Assembly (NCBI GenBank): GCA_028532855.1
Contig: JAQQAL010000022.1
Location: forward strand, 4,844-68,843
Source of the DNA: Candidatus Thalassospirochaeta sargassi
Lineage (GTDB): Bacteria; Spirochaetota; Spirochaetia; UBA9216
Reading direction: 5' to 3'
DNA: 64,000 bases
Below, piece by piece: positions 37,931 to 48,077 of the stretch. A program made the translations under genes and the position numbers. The notes below the pieces were generated by a model, which was not told the DNA's origin, ran no database searches, and saw only the letters and a program-made list of their open reading frames with translations. Each line of letters opens with the position of its first letter. The first letter of the stretch is position 1.

Positions 37931-37954
37931 TCCGTTTAACAAATTACCGGTAAA

Positions 37955-38041
37955 TCAATCTCCCTGTTCAGAGTGCTTATTGAGTAGAATAATAATGCTT
38001 AGAATAGAGATTAGGGATTTACCTGAAACTGGTCTTTTCAT
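37955..38041 (-). CDS. ilv leader peptide (28 aa, Ile/Leu-rich)
   Basis: MKRPVSGKSLISILSIIILLNKHSEQGD*. It is preceded by TTGACA/TTGACT-like -35 boxes and followed by the attenuator hairpin. Confidence 0.55.
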   Translation of the reverse strand: MKRPVSGKSLISILSIIILLNKHSEQGD

Positions 38042-38153
38042 AGTCAAGAGGTTAAAAGAGAAATGGTGTTTTGTCAAGCTGCTTTAATGATTTTTAAACT
38101 AATGAAGTAATATTAAAGTTTGATGTTTTATTCAAAAGGTATATAATATTAAG

Positions 38154-38771
38154 ATGGACTTTTATATAGAATATTTCGGCACTGCAGCATCAGTTATAGT
38201 TGCAATATCGCTGACACAGAAAAATATCAAAAAGCTGAGGATCCTCAACCTGATTGGTGCCGCAGCCTTCGCTGTTTACGGACTCTTTATCCGTGCATGG
38301 CCGGTACTTGGATTGAATGCTTTTATAGCGGTAATAGATATCTACTACCTAATTGAAATGAAAAGGCTGAAAAATTATTTTGAGCTGATGCAAATTGATA
38401 ATCCTCTTGACTCAATATATCTCAAAAGATTTCTTGAGTTTTATGGTGATGATATAAACGGCTTTATTCCTTCATGGAAGGTTGAAAGCCTAAATAAATA
38501 TAAAGCGGTTTTTGTATTGAGGAATCTGCTACCGGTATCACTTGTTCTTTATGTGGAGAAGGATGACGAGGTGGAAATAGCGGTTGATTATGCAATACCG
38601 GCTTACAGAGATATGAAAAATGCAAGCTATTTTTTTGGTGAAATTACCGAAATATTCAAAGAAGTAAAAGTGTTTACCGCCATGTCGGGAAGCAGAAAGC
38701 ATAACAAGTATCTTGAAAAGATAGGGTTTCGTTTTTCTGATAAACTAAAGAAGTATCAATATCAAAGATAG
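38154..38771 (+). CDS. Hypothetical protein with an N-terminal YgjV-like 3-TM membrane domain
   Basis: 205-aa ORF; hydrophobic N-terminal third. Confidence 0.5.
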   Translation: MDFYIEYFGTAASVIVAISLTQKNIKKLRILNLIGAAAFAVYGLFIRAWPVLGLNAFIAVIDIYYLIEMKRLKNYFELMQIDNPLDSIYLKRFLEFYGDDINGFIPSWKVESLNKYKAVFVLRNLLPVSLVLYVEKDDEVEIAVDYAIPAYRDMKNASYFFGEITEIFKEVKVFTAMSGSRKHNKYLEKIGFRFSDKLKKYQYQR

Positions 38772-38792
38772 AAAGGGGCTGTTCTCCAACAT

Positions 38793-40469
38793 ATGGAAAA
38801 TTCTGAAGTATTTGAAAGACTGGTAAAAGAGCTTGATCCGATTGAACGAAAGGAACTTCTTGAAAAACTGACCTCTGATAAGGTTCTGGAAGCGGAACCC
38901 ATGATTAGAAATGAGGGGGAGGTGGAAGTAGATCTTGAAAAAGAATATTATTCATTAGGCATTTTTCGCAGATTCGTTATCTTTTTAATGGTTATTTTCA
39001 GAGGGGAGGATAAATTTCAGATAACCGAAGAGCTGATTCTTAAGGATATTGAGAGGGATCTTAAAAGGACTGCCGGCAACATTATTTCTTATGACAAGGG
39101 ACAGCTTCTGATAGATTTTCTTGATGAGGTAGATAAACTGCATGAGGCTGTAATGTTCTTCTCATCAGTACTTGAATCCGCCGGAGGAGCATCAAGAGAT
39201 GAGTTCCTGAACTTTCTGGGGAGTCTGCAGATACCCGTTATACATCATCAGCTGATTATCGATACGGATTTTCAGCGGGCTGAGAAGAAGACAGGTTTCA
39301 GTAATCCCAATGATGTTCGAAAGGATGTGCTGCTGAATGTTGAAGCCAACCTTGCCAAGATAACGGGGGATCTTAGAAAAAGAATGTACATGCATTCAAA
39401 AACAATTGCCGTAATGAGTGAACTTGTACATTATGATTTTAATGAATTTGCAAATTTATTTACAAAGATGAGCGGTCAGGATGACAAAAGCTGCTATTTC
39501 GGTGATGCGAGGAACAGGCTCGAAAAACTGACGGAGATTTTATCAGCATTTAAATTCTCCCCTGATAAGCAGCTGCTGGAAGCTATGTATCTTTTTCATA
39601 ACAGTTCTCTGAAGGTGAAGGATCAGGAAGCTATAAGTGATGAACTGAAATCATTCATCGATGAATCCTCAAAGAATCTGAAAGTGATAAGGAAGTTTAA
39701 TCTTAAAATGCAGCTGCCTAAGGTAATGAGACTGGTTACGGGAAACATAGAATACAAGCCCAAGCCTGTTTCAGGTGGTGAAGACTGGTTTAACTTGTAC
39801 ACAAGATACTGGAATAATATAGCCGAGATGAAATTCAAGTATTACAGTGCTGAGAAACGCAAACAGAAGATATACCAGGATATGCAGATGTATTTTAATA
39901 AGAATAATCTTCCGGTTCTTGAGTTCTACCGCCATAAGTTCAGATACAGCTGCGGTTTCCTGAGTCTTTTTCTCCGTGAACAGTTTACGGCTGGTATGAA
40001 TGATGTGCTTAAAAAGATACTTGTTGACGGCAAGTTTTACAAGAAAAGTAATAAGGAAGATTTTACAGATTCATACAGTGCCCTTCTAGGCCTTTATGAA
40101 AAACTGAGAATATTTGATGAAAAGAATTCTGCCAAGGGCGAGTTCGGGATGAAGATTACTAATGTAAACGAGGAAGTTATAGGTGAATCAAGGAAGGCGG
40201 GTAAAATTTCAGCAATCATAGAAGCCGCAGATTTGGAGGCCCTTGATATCATTAAAATCGGACTCGAAGGTCTTAAAACGATGAAGAACGTTCTATATGG
40301 AATCCTTCATGGTAAGGCCGGAGGGCAATATGACAGCCTGTCTAACCTGAATAAACTTATAACGATAGAAAGCCGTGATTTCATCATCGATCTTAATACT
40401 GTTTACTCAAATATCGATGATGCGGACAGGATTTTATGTGATATTCTAACTCTTGAAGAATCTGACTGA
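38793..40469 (+). CDS. Hypothetical protein
   Basis: 558-aa ORF; no recognisable motif. Confidence 0.5.
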   Translation: MENSEVFERLVKELDPIERKELLEKLTSDKVLEAEPMIRNEGEVEVDLEKEYYSLGIFRRFVIFLMVIFRGEDKFQITEELILKDIERDLKRTAGNIISYDKGQLLIDFLDEVDKLHEAVMFFSSVLESAGGASRDEFLNFLGSLQIPVIHHQLIIDTDFQRAEKKTGFSNPNDVRKDVLLNVEANLAKITGDLRKRMYMHSKTIAVMSELVHYDFNEFANLFTKMSGQDDKSCYFGDARNRLEKLTEILSAFKFSPDKQLLEAMYLFHNSSLKVKDQEAISDELKSFIDESSKNLKVIRKFNLKMQLPKVMRLVTGNIEYKPKPVSGGEDWFNLYTRYWNNIAEMKFKYYSAEKRKQKIYQDMQMYFNKNNLPVLEFYRHKFRYSCGFLSLFLREQFTAGMNDVLKKILVDGKFYKKSNKEDFTDSYSALLGLYEKLRIFDEKNSAKGEFGMKITNVNEEVIGESRKAGKISAIIEAADLEALDIIKIGLEGLKTMKNVLYGILHGKAGGQYDSLSNLNKLITIESRDFIIDLNTVYSNIDDADRILCDILTLEESD

Positions 40470-40483
40470 GCAGAGGGCAGACA

Positions 40484-41179
40484 TTGGTTAATATAGATGA
40501 ACTCCTTGAAATTAATGGCTACCGCCTTGTGATGACCAATCTTGATGCCGGTCCAATGGGTCCCTCATGGGACAGGTTTAACCCTAACCGGGTTAATGCT
40601 CTTAAGGGAATTGGTCTTGAGGCATCTGAAGTTTATTTTGTAAGGCAGCAGCATACAAAAGAGATTGTTTCTACCGAAGAATGGTTGGCCCACCCCCTGA
40701 CAGAAGCCGACGGCCTGATAAGCCGGAGGAGTCCGGACTCTATAGCCGTTACGGTAGCTGACTGTATGCCTGTATATCTTCATGACAGAAAAAAAGATGT
40801 ACGGGCAATCCTGCACAGCGGCTGGAAGGGGACGGGTATCGCCGAAAAGGCCCTTGAGCGAATGGTTCGGGAATACGGCTGCATGGCGGCAGATGTCACT
40901 GCGGTTCTGGGGCCTGCAATAGGCGCCTGCTGCTACAATGTCGATAACGATCGTGCCGATTTTTTCCGAAACACCTGGGGTGCGGACTCGGTAGAAAAAC
41001 GCGGTGGAAAAAACTACATTTCACTGCGGAAGGCAAATATTGCAATGCTTGAGAAAGCCGGTATAAGTGAGATAGTTTCAGTAGATAAATGTACTGCCTG
41101 CAGCAGTGCACTCGGTTCATTTCGACGCGAGGGCGCAGGGACGTTTACGCAGATGTTTTGTCTGAGCTATCGAAAGTAA
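40484..41179 (+). CDS. pgeF: Peptidoglycan editing factor / purine nucleoside phosphorylase YfiH (DUF152)
   Basis: ADCMPVYL, AILHSGWKGT, LGPAIGACCY. Confidence 0.8.
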   Translation: MVNIDELLEINGYRLVMTNLDAGPMGPSWDRFNPNRVNALKGIGLEASEVYFVRQQHTKEIVSTEEWLAHPLTEADGLISRRSPDSIAVTVADCMPVYLHDRKKDVRAILHSGWKGTGIAEKALERMVREYGCMAADVTAVLGPAIGACCYNVDNDRADFFRNTWGADSVEKRGGKNYISLRKANIAMLEKAGISEIVSVDKCTACSSALGSFRREGAGTFTQMFCLSYRK

Positions 41180-41262
41180 AATGAGCTTTCAGTTACTTGC
41201 ATGAGTACTGATTATGTGTAATTATAAAAAATCGTTTCTAAAAACATCCGGAGGAAATAACA

Positions 41263-43032
41263 ATGACTGCTTTAAAAGGTAAATGGCAGAGCTATATATT
41301 TAACGCAATAATTTCAGCCGCAGAAAAGGCCGGTGTCGATGCCGGTGTTGAATCGCCTGAGAAAATAATAGTCGGAAACCCTCCGAAGCCGGAGATGGGT
41401 GATTTTGCTTTTGCCATGTTTCCATTTGCCAAAGCGTTTAAAACTGCACCTCCGGCAATAGCAGGCATGGTTATAGCAGAGCTGGAGAATGACGCAGAAG
41501 CGGCGGCATCAGGCAGTTTTACGACGGCCGGACCATACGTTAATGTTAAGGTTGATATGTCTGATACAGCATCCGAAGTCCTTGACGATATTATTTCAAG
41601 AGGTGAGGATTACGGTCGAGTAGAAAGCCTTGCGGGCAAAAAAATCATGGTCGAGTTTTCATGTCCGAATACCAATAAGCCGCTGCATCTCGGGCATCTT
41701 CGTAACGATTCCATCGGGGCCTGTATTTCAAGGATTCTCGACGCAGCAGGAGCCGAGGTAATGAAGGTTAACCTTATAAACGATCGCGGTATACACATCT
41801 GCAAATCAATGCTCGCATATGAAAAATTCGGTGAAGGCTCAACCCCCGAATCAACCGGGGTAAAAAGCGACCATTTTGTCGGTGATTACTATGTTAAATT
41901 TAACAAATGGTCTAAAGAAGATGATACCGCCATAGAGGGGGCAAGAAAGATGCTCCAGGACTGGGAAGCCGGTGATAAGGACACTGTTGAACTCTGGAAG
42001 CAGATGAATAAGTGGACAATTGACGGTATCGAAGAAACTTACCAGGCTACGGGAATCAGTTTTGATAAGGTTTATTATGAGAGCAATACCTATTCAAGCG
42101 GTAAAGAAGAAGTTCTTAAAGGGCTTGAAGACGGTGTTTTTTATAAGGAAGAGGATAATTCTATATGGATTGATCTATCTGAAATTAAACTGGATAAAAA
42201 AGTACTCCTCCGGGGAGACGGAACATCGCTGTACATGACTCAGGATCTTGGAACCGCAATTGCCCGTCAATCCGACTGGCCGTTTGATCAGTTGATTTAT
42301 GTAGTAGGATCTGAGCAACAGTATCATTTCAGGGTTCTGTTTCACATACTGCAGAAACTCGGTTACACATGGGCGGAAGATTTAAAACATCTTTCGTACG
42401 GGATGGTAAATCTGCCTGATGGAAAAATGAAATCACGCGAGGGAACTGTTGTCGATGCTGATGACCTTGTAAAACAGCTTACTGAGCTTGCACGCGAAGA
42501 AATTATCGGCAAGGAAAGAGCGGAAGAAGTCGATAATCTTGATTATACTTCGCATGCAATTGCATTAGGCGCGCTTAATTATTATCTGCTGCAGGTTAGC
42601 CCCTCGAAGGATATGATTTTTAATCCTTCGGAGTCTCTGTCTTTTAACGGCAACACAGGACCGTACCTGCAGTATATGGGAGCGCGTATTTCGAGCATGA
42701 TAAGGAAATATGATGAGCGAAAACCGGATTTTGCCGGAATTGAGGCGGATGCATCGCTGCTTCAGGTAGAAGAGGAGAAGGAACTCATTAAAATGCTGAT
42801 TTCCTGGCCTGAAATGGTCAGTCAGGCAGCTTCGGACTATAATCCGTCGATTATTACTGCTTTTATGTATGATCTTGCGAAAACCTTTTCAAGGTTCTAT
42901 CATGATAATCCTGTTTTGAATAATGATGATAAGATTCTTGCGGTTACGAGGATGAAATTATCAGCCGCAGTATTGAACGTGTTGAAAAGCGGCTTCAAAT
43001 TAATAGGAATTCCTTATCTGGAAAAGATGTAA
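41263..43032 (+). CDS. argS: Arginine--tRNA ligase
   Basis: Class I HIGH motif PNTNKPLHLGHLRN; 589 aa; DALR-type anticodon-binding C-terminus. Confidence 0.9.
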   Translation: MTALKGKWQSYIFNAIISAAEKAGVDAGVESPEKIIVGNPPKPEMGDFAFAMFPFAKAFKTAPPAIAGMVIAELENDAEAAASGSFTTAGPYVNVKVDMSDTASEVLDDIISRGEDYGRVESLAGKKIMVEFSCPNTNKPLHLGHLRNDSIGACISRILDAAGAEVMKVNLINDRGIHICKSMLAYEKFGEGSTPESTGVKSDHFVGDYYVKFNKWSKEDDTAIEGARKMLQDWEAGDKDTVELWKQMNKWTIDGIEETYQATGISFDKVYYESNTYSSGKEEVLKGLEDGVFYKEEDNSIWIDLSEIKLDKKVLLRGDGTSLYMTQDLGTAIARQSDWPFDQLIYVVGSEQQYHFRVLFHILQKLGYTWAEDLKHLSYGMVNLPDGKMKSREGTVVDADDLVKQLTELAREEIIGKERAEEVDNLDYTSHAIALGALNYYLLQVSPSKDMIFNPSESLSFNGNTGPYLQYMGARISSMIRKYDERKPDFAGIEADASLLQVEEEKELIKMLISWPEMVSQAASDYNPSIITAFMYDLAKTFSRFYHDNPVLNNDDKILAVTRMKLSAAVLNVLKSGFKLIGIPYLEKM

Positions 43033-43045
43033 ACATTGGTACGGC

Positions 43046-43077
43046 TTGACTTTAAGCCGCTGATTATGGTATATAAT
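43046..43077 (+). promoter_or_regulatory. Putative sigma70 promoter for the rplU-prp-rpmA-obgE operon
   Basis: TTGACT, an 18-nt spacer, then TATATAAT; ~35 nt upstream of rplU. Confidence 0.45.
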
Positions 43078-43108
43078 GTTTCACTATATTTGTATTAAGG
43101 TTGGATAA

Positions 43109-43420
43109 ATGTACGCACTGGTTGAAATTAAAGGTAAACAGTACAAAGCCGAAAAGGGCAGCCTGCTTGAGGTTGATAAGATAGAGGGTGAAAAAGGCGA
43201 CAAAATGGAGTTTGATTCTGTGCTTATGCTCAGTGGAGACGACGTTAAGGTTGGAACCCCTTATGTAGACGGCGCGAAAGTAAAGGTTACTCTTGAAGAG
43301 CAGACAAAAGGCAAAAAAGTTAAAATCTTTAAGTATAAGAGAAGAAAAAACTATAGTCTTAGAAAAGGTCACAGACAGAAGTACACTACAGTACGTGTCG
43401 AGGAAATAATCGGAGCCTGA
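43109..43420 (+). CDS. rplU: 50S ribosomal protein L21
   Basis: MYALVEIKGKQYKAEKG... Confidence 0.9.
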   Translation: MYALVEIKGKQYKAEKGSLLEVDKIEGEKGDKMEFDSVLMLSGDDVKVGTPYVDGAKVKVTLEEQTKGKKVKIFKYKRRKNYSLRKGHRQKYTTVRVEEIIGA

Positions 43421-43421
43421 T

Positions 43422-43754
43422 TTGATTGATATTATGATTGCCGTTGATTTGAACGGTAATCTTCGATCAATAAAGTCTGAAGGGCATTCAATGTCCGCCG
43501 CAAAGGGCGGTAACATCATCTGTGCGGCTGTGTCTGCACAGATCAGAAGCGTTGTAAGGGTGCTTGATAAGGGCACCGGATGTATCAGTCGTGTTAAGGC
43601 TGATCAAGACGGATATCTGGAGCTTTCGGTAGAAGCTGGTGAAGGGGAAAACCGATGGCTGAAGGGTGTTACTGATGTACTTGTGGCGGGGCTGTTGGAA
43701 ACAGAACGGGACTATCCCGATGAATGCAGCGTAAAACTGATTAAATTGAGTTGA
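43422..43754 (+). CDS. prp: Ribosomal-processing cysteine protease Prp (DUF464)
   Basis: Located between rplU and rpmA; catalytic-region CAAVSA; 110 aa. Confidence 0.75.
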   Translation: MIDIMIAVDLNGNLRSIKSEGHSMSAAKGGNIICAAVSAQIRSVVRVLDKGTGCISRVKADQDGYLELSVEAGEGENRWLKGVTDVLVAGLLETERDYPDECSVKLIKLS

Positions 43755-43768
43755 ATAGGAGCTAATAG

Positions 43769-44023
43769 ATGGCACATAAAAAGGGCGGCGGAAGCAGTAA
43801 AAACGGAAGAGATTCAAACGCTCAAAGACTTGGCGTTAAAAGATTCGGCGGACAGGTAGTCAAAGCCGGCGAAATCCTTGTTAGACAGAGAGGAACAAAA
43901 ATCCACCCTGGTCTTAATGTTGGAAAGGGTAAAGATGATACTCTTTTTGCAAAGATTGAAGGATCTGTTGAATATAACAAAAGGATGGGAAGAAACTTCG
44001 TTTCTATCGTTCCGGGTGAATAA
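43769..44023 (+). CDS. rpmA: 50S ribosomal protein L27
   Basis: [29 protein letters not shown]. Confidence 0.9.
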   Translation: MAHKKGGGSSKNGRDSNAQRLGVKRFGGQVVKAGEILVRQRGTKIHPGLNVGKGKDDTLFAKIEGSVEYNKRMGRNFVSIVPGE

Positions 44024-44030
44024 ATAAATA

Positions 44031-45026
44031 ATGACAGGTTTTGCTGACGAGACCTATATAGACGTCTCATCCGGTAAGGGTGGTGATGGATGTGTCTCGT
44101 TCAGACGTGAAAAATATGTTCCCAAGGGCGGACCGGACGGCGGAGACGGCGGACGGGGCGGAGATATAGTCTTCGTTGTACGTGATAACCTTAAAACCCT
44201 TATGCATCTTAGAAACAGAAGGGTTTATAAGGCTGAAAACGGCCGCCCGGGTATGGGACGGAGAAAGCACGGACGTAATGGTAATGATGCTATTATTGAA
44301 GTCCCGCCCGGAACCCTCATTAAAAATGCCGAAACTGGCGAACTTCTCAAAGATTTAACTGAAATCAACGACAGCTGGACAGCCTTGAAAGGTGGAGCCG
44401 GTGGCAACGGGAACTGGCACTATAAATCGTCGGTAAAACAGACTCCTAGACATGCCCAGGCAGGTGTTCCGGGTGAAGAATGTCGTCTGCATATTGAACT
44501 GAATGTTATTGCCGATGCGGGGCTTGTAGGTTTTCCTAATGCCGGAAAATCAAGTCTGCTGAAAAAAATAACAAATGCTGATCCCAAAATCGGTGCATAT
44601 GCTTTTACTACAAAGATTCCCAACCTTGGTGTGATAAATTACGGATACGGAACTGCTGTAATTGCTGATATACCCGGCATTATAGAAGGTGCATCTCAGG
44701 GCGCCGGTCTTGGTATTAAATTTTTAAAACATATCTCCAGGACCTCCGTTCTTGTCTTTCTAATAGATCTTTTAGATGAAAATTATCTTGAAGCTTTTGA
44801 CCTTCTGCTTGATGAGCTTGAGGCGTTTTCTCCTGTGCTGGCCGGTAAAAGAAGGCTGGTTGTAGGGACTAAGCTTGATCTTGAAGGCGCAACTGATAAT
44901 TTAGAAGAACTTAGAGAAAAACTCAGCGGTGAAGAGGTTATAGGAATCTCAACCTTCAGTCATATCGGAATGGAAGAATTCAATAAAAAACTTGCGGAAC
45001 TTATTAACTGGAAAAATGCAGACTGA
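44031..45026 (+). CDS. obgE: GTPase Obg/CgtA (short form without the C-terminal extension)
   Basis: Gly-rich Obg fold (GGDGG..GGRGGD), G1 GFPNAGKSSLL, G4 TKLD. Confidence 0.9.
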   Translation: MTGFADETYIDVSSGKGGDGCVSFRREKYVPKGGPDGGDGGRGGDIVFVVRDNLKTLMHLRNRRVYKAENGRPGMGRRKHGRNGNDAIIEVPPGTLIKNAETGELLKDLTEINDSWTALKGGAGGNGNWHYKSSVKQTPRHAQAGVPGEECRLHIELNVIADAGLVGFPNAGKSSLLKKITNADPKIGAYAFTTKIPNLGVINYGYGTAVIADIPGIIEGASQGAGLGIKFLKHISRTSVLVFLIDLLDENYLEAFDLLLDELEAFSPVLAGKRRLVVGTKLDLEGATDNLEELREKLSGEEVIGISTFSHIGMEEFNKKLAELINWKNAD

Positions 45027-45597
45027 TATAGATACAGTTATAATGGGCGGCACCTTCAACCCTGTTCACATAGGCCACCTGCATCTTGCTGAAGAGGTAA
45101 GGCACACATTTAACCCGAAAAGAATTTTCTTAGTTCCGGCATTTATATCAGCACACAAACAGGGTGACCCCGTTATTTCTGCCAGGCACAGGCTTGAGAT
45201 GCTGAGAATTGCCTGCAGTGAATCTGTTTTTGAAATCGAAACATGTGAAATTGAAAGGAAAGGTGTATCATATTCAATTGACACCCTTAGATATATAAAA
45301 GAAAAGTACGGTTTAAAAACAAAACCCGGTCTGATTATCGGTGATGATCTTGTGAAAGGATTTAAGGACTGGAAAAACGCTTCGGCTGTTGCCGAGGAGG
45401 CAAATCTGATTTTGGGCTGCCGTCAGTCGGATGATGAAGTATTCGCATACAGACATCTGAAGATTGATAATCTTATCATCGATATTTCATCAAGTGAAAT
45501 AAGGAAAAGGATTGCAGAAGGCAGAGCTTTCAGATATTTGATACCGGCAGGTGTATATGATTACATTGTCAGGAACAAACTGTACGGAGAAGGTTAA
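45016..45597 (+). CDS. nadD: Nicotinate-nucleotide adenylyltransferase
   Basis: GGTFNPVHIGHL. Start placed at MQTDID (the track ORF starts at 44992, overlapping obgE). Confidence 0.8.
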   Translation: MQTDIDTVIMGGTFNPVHIGHLHLAEEVRHTFNPKRIFLVPAFISAHKQGDPVISARHRLEMLRIACSESVFEIETCEIERKGVSYSIDTLRYIKEKYGLKTKPGLIIGDDLVKGFKDWKNASAVAEEANLILGCRQSDDEVFAYRHLKIDNLIIDISSSEIRKRIAEGRAFRYLIPAGVYDYIVRNKLYGEG

Positions 45598-46166
45598 TGT
45601 CTGAAAACAGAGATATTGAACTATACCTGAAAAAAAATCTTAGTGAAAAACGTTTTATGCATTCCAGAAGGACGGCTGAAACTGCAGAGAAACTTTGTAT
45701 GCTCTACGGTTACAGTCCTGAAAAAGGACGAACTGCCGGTCTGCTTCACGATATAGCCAGAGAGATTTCAAATGAAGAAATTTTCAGTCTTGTTGCTGAA
45801 GACGGATTTGGAATAAGCAAGATTGAAAAAGATTATCCAGTGCTCCTTCACGGCAGAGCAGGTGCTGTTATTTCTATAAGGGAGCTCGGGATAAACGATG
45901 AAGAGATTCTCGAGGCTGTAAGATGGCATACAACCGGCAGACGGCGTATGAACGGCATCACATCAATTCTTTATGTTGCTGACTATATTGAACCCGGCCG
46001 GATGCATATTGACAATGAATTCAGAAAAAAAATTCGTGAAATGAATCTTGATCAGCTTGTGATGGAGGTTGTTCGAAGCAGCATCACTTACTGCAGATCC
46101 AAGGGGTATTCTGTTGCTGAACAGACATTTATGTTATATCATGACCTTGAAAAGAAGGTGAGCTGA
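45597..46166 (+). CDS. yqeK: HD-domain protein YqeK (bis(5'-nucleosyl)-tetraphosphatase)
   Basis: HS..T...L.HDIAR. HD motif. Located downstream of nadD. Confidence 0.8.
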   Translation: MSENRDIELYLKKNLSEKRFMHSRRTAETAEKLCMLYGYSPEKGRTAGLLHDIAREISNEEIFSLVAEDGFGISKIEKDYPVLLHGRAGAVISIRELGINDEEILEAVRWHTTGRRRMNGITSILYVADYIEPGRMHIDNEFRKKIREMNLDQLVMEVVRSSITYCRSKGYSVAEQTFMLYHDLEKKVS

Positions 46167-46168
46167 AA

Positions 46169-47377
46169 TTGAAATCAAGAATCGAATTTGATAAAAGTCT
46201 TATTCTTATAGCTGCAATTATTCTTGTTGTTGCAGCGGCAGTTTTTCTGATTATAAGAAACACGAGAACTGATAGTATTACAGAGATGATTGAAAACGGT
46301 AAAGACATTAATTCCGTATTTCTTATTCATGATGGTGAAGAACTGCTTTTTACGGAAATACTGTTTTATAATACCTCTACAGCAAAAGGGGCGCTTCTTG
46401 ATGTTCCCGGAGAGACAGGTATTATTATCAAGAAGCTCGGTAAATTCGATAGAATCGACCAGCTGTATAATCAGCAGGATCCGCTGGAATATATAAGAGC
46501 TGTTGAGAATATGATAAAGCAGGAGATTGAGTATTATTATCAGATAAACCTGAAGGATTTTGTTTCTCTTGTTGATATTGTCGGTGGTCTTGAGATGTTT
46601 ATTGATAATCCGATAGAGATAATCGACAATGAGCAAATTGTTTTGCTGCCCTCAGGAAGCATTGTTCTTGATGGAGATAAGGTTGAAACTTATATATCAT
46701 ATCATGATCCGGATGAAAGCGAAACAGAGGCAAGCGGAAGGCGTGAGAAAACTATCCAGTCTTTACTTAAGGCCTTTCAGCAGCAGAGTGATGTACTGCT
46801 TAATGACAAAATGTTCAATTATTTTAAGAGAACACTGGATACGAATGTTGATGATTCATCGCTTGAAGCATTTATAGCGGAGTTGGAAAACCTTGATACT
46901 GGACGCATCGTCTTTCAGCGTGTATTGGGAACAAGACGTACTGTAGATGAACAGGAGCTGCTGTTCAGCCACTATGACGGAACACTTCTGCGCGAGACCG
47001 TGAGACAGACAGTGACCTCACTGGCCAATGTTGATGTTGTGAGTGATGATGAGCTCAATGTTACTATTGAGATTCTGAATGGAACTGCCGTCAACGGTAT
47101 GGCGTCAAGAACCTCACAGGTTTTTCAGAGTTTCGGTTATGATGTTGCCCATATAGGAAATTATGAAAGCAGCGATGTAGAAAAAACATTTGTTATAGAC
47201 AAACGCGGCGATATAGTGCAAGCTCAGCGGGTTGCAAATGTTATTCAATGTTCAAATGTAGAATCCCAGGCTCCTGAAAACGGAGATTTTGAGCTTTTTT
47301 CAGGTGAACCGGGTGAAGATATAGATTTGATTATAGTACTTGGAAAGGATTTTGATGGAAGATACTGCAAAGAATGA
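46169..47377 (+). CDS. LytR-CpsA-Psr (LCP) family cell-envelope phosphotransferase
   Basis: N-terminal TM anchor plus LCP domain (NSVFLIHDGEE...VDIVGGLE). Conserved yqeK-LCP-rsfS order. Confidence 0.75.
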   Translation: MKSRIEFDKSLILIAAIILVVAAAVFLIIRNTRTDSITEMIENGKDINSVFLIHDGEELLFTEILFYNTSTAKGALLDVPGETGIIIKKLGKFDRIDQLYNQQDPLEYIRAVENMIKQEIEYYYQINLKDFVSLVDIVGGLEMFIDNPIEIIDNEQIVLLPSGSIVLDGDKVETYISYHDPDESETEASGRREKTIQSLLKAFQQQSDVLLNDKMFNYFKRTLDTNVDDSSLEAFIAELENLDTGRIVFQRVLGTRRTVDEQELLFSHYDGTLLRETVRQTVTSLANVDVVSDDELNVTIEILNGTAVNGMASRTSQVFQSFGYDVAHIGNYESSDVEKTFVIDKRGDIVQAQRVANVIQCSNVESQAPENGDFELFSGEPGEDIDLIIVLGKDFDGRYCKE

Positions 47378-47726
47378 TAAAGATAAGCTGATACTGGAAA
47401 CAGCTAAATTATTAGAAGAACATAAAGCCAGAGATGTTGCCGCGATTGATGTGCAGGGACAGAACAGCTGGACTGATTATTTTATTCTGGCTACCGCCAA
47501 CAGTCAGGGGCATATGAGAGGACTGCTTAAAAATGTAAGGAGCTTTCTTGTTGAACAAAACGTAGAGTTTAAGAATAAATATAAGCATATTGATGATTTT
47601 ACCTGGCTTTTCATTGACTGCGGTTTTATGGTGATCCACCTGATGGATGATGAAACCAGAGAATTCTATGATTTAGAAAAACTCTGGTTCAATGGACGAA
47701 GTATTTACTCCTCTAAATCCTCGTAA
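47340..47726 (+). CDS. rsfS: Ribosome silencing factor RsfS (iojap)
   Basis: DVAAIDVQGQNSWTDYFILATANSQGHMRGL. Confidence 0.8.
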   Translation: MERILMEDTAKNDKDKLILETAKLLEEHKARDVAAIDVQGQNSWTDYFILATANSQGHMRGLLKNVRSFLVEQNVEFKNKYKHIDDFTWLFIDCGFMVIHLMDDETREFYDLEKLWFNGRSIYSSKSS

Positions 47727-48004
47727 TCAAAACCGCTGTCGTAATCCAGTTCGTCTTCCTCTTCTGAATACTCGTCAAAATCCTCTTCTTCGATTTCGAA
47801 TGACTCACTGAGGGCATCGTCAATTACTTCCTCTTCTTCGTCAATCTCATCATCATCTTCAAATTCGTCCAACTCTTCGTCGTATTCGGAATCGTAGTTG
47901 TCGAAGTTATCTTCATAGAAGTCATCATCATCGTGATACCGATCATCAAAATCATCATCACCGGCGTAAAAATAACCTTTTCCTCCCGACATTATCCTCT
48001 CCAA
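47705..48004 (-). CDS. Highly acidic small protein (Asp/Glu/Tyr/Phe-rich, 99 aa)
   Basis: The ORF carries GAA/GAT codon periodicity. About 60% of residues are D/E. No overlapping + strand gene except a 22-nt convergent overlap with rsfS. Confidence 0.5.
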   Translation of the reverse strand: MERIMSGGKGYFYAGDDDFDDRYHDDDDFYEDNFDNYDSEYDEELDEFEDDDEIDEEEEVIDDALSESFEIEEEDFDEYSEEEDELDYDSGFDYEDLEE

Positions 48005-48077
48005 AAAAAGTATATTATATAAACAATTTACGTAGATGATTTACCAGTTGTCAATAGTTTTTTCAACTTCGATAGAA

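Noticed and set aside
37935-38150. T-box riboswitch upstream of ilvB
   Set aside because: No T-box consensus (AGGGUGGNACCGCG) or specifier-loop architecture was found. A short Ile/Leu-rich leader ORF plus terminator fits classical attenuation instead.
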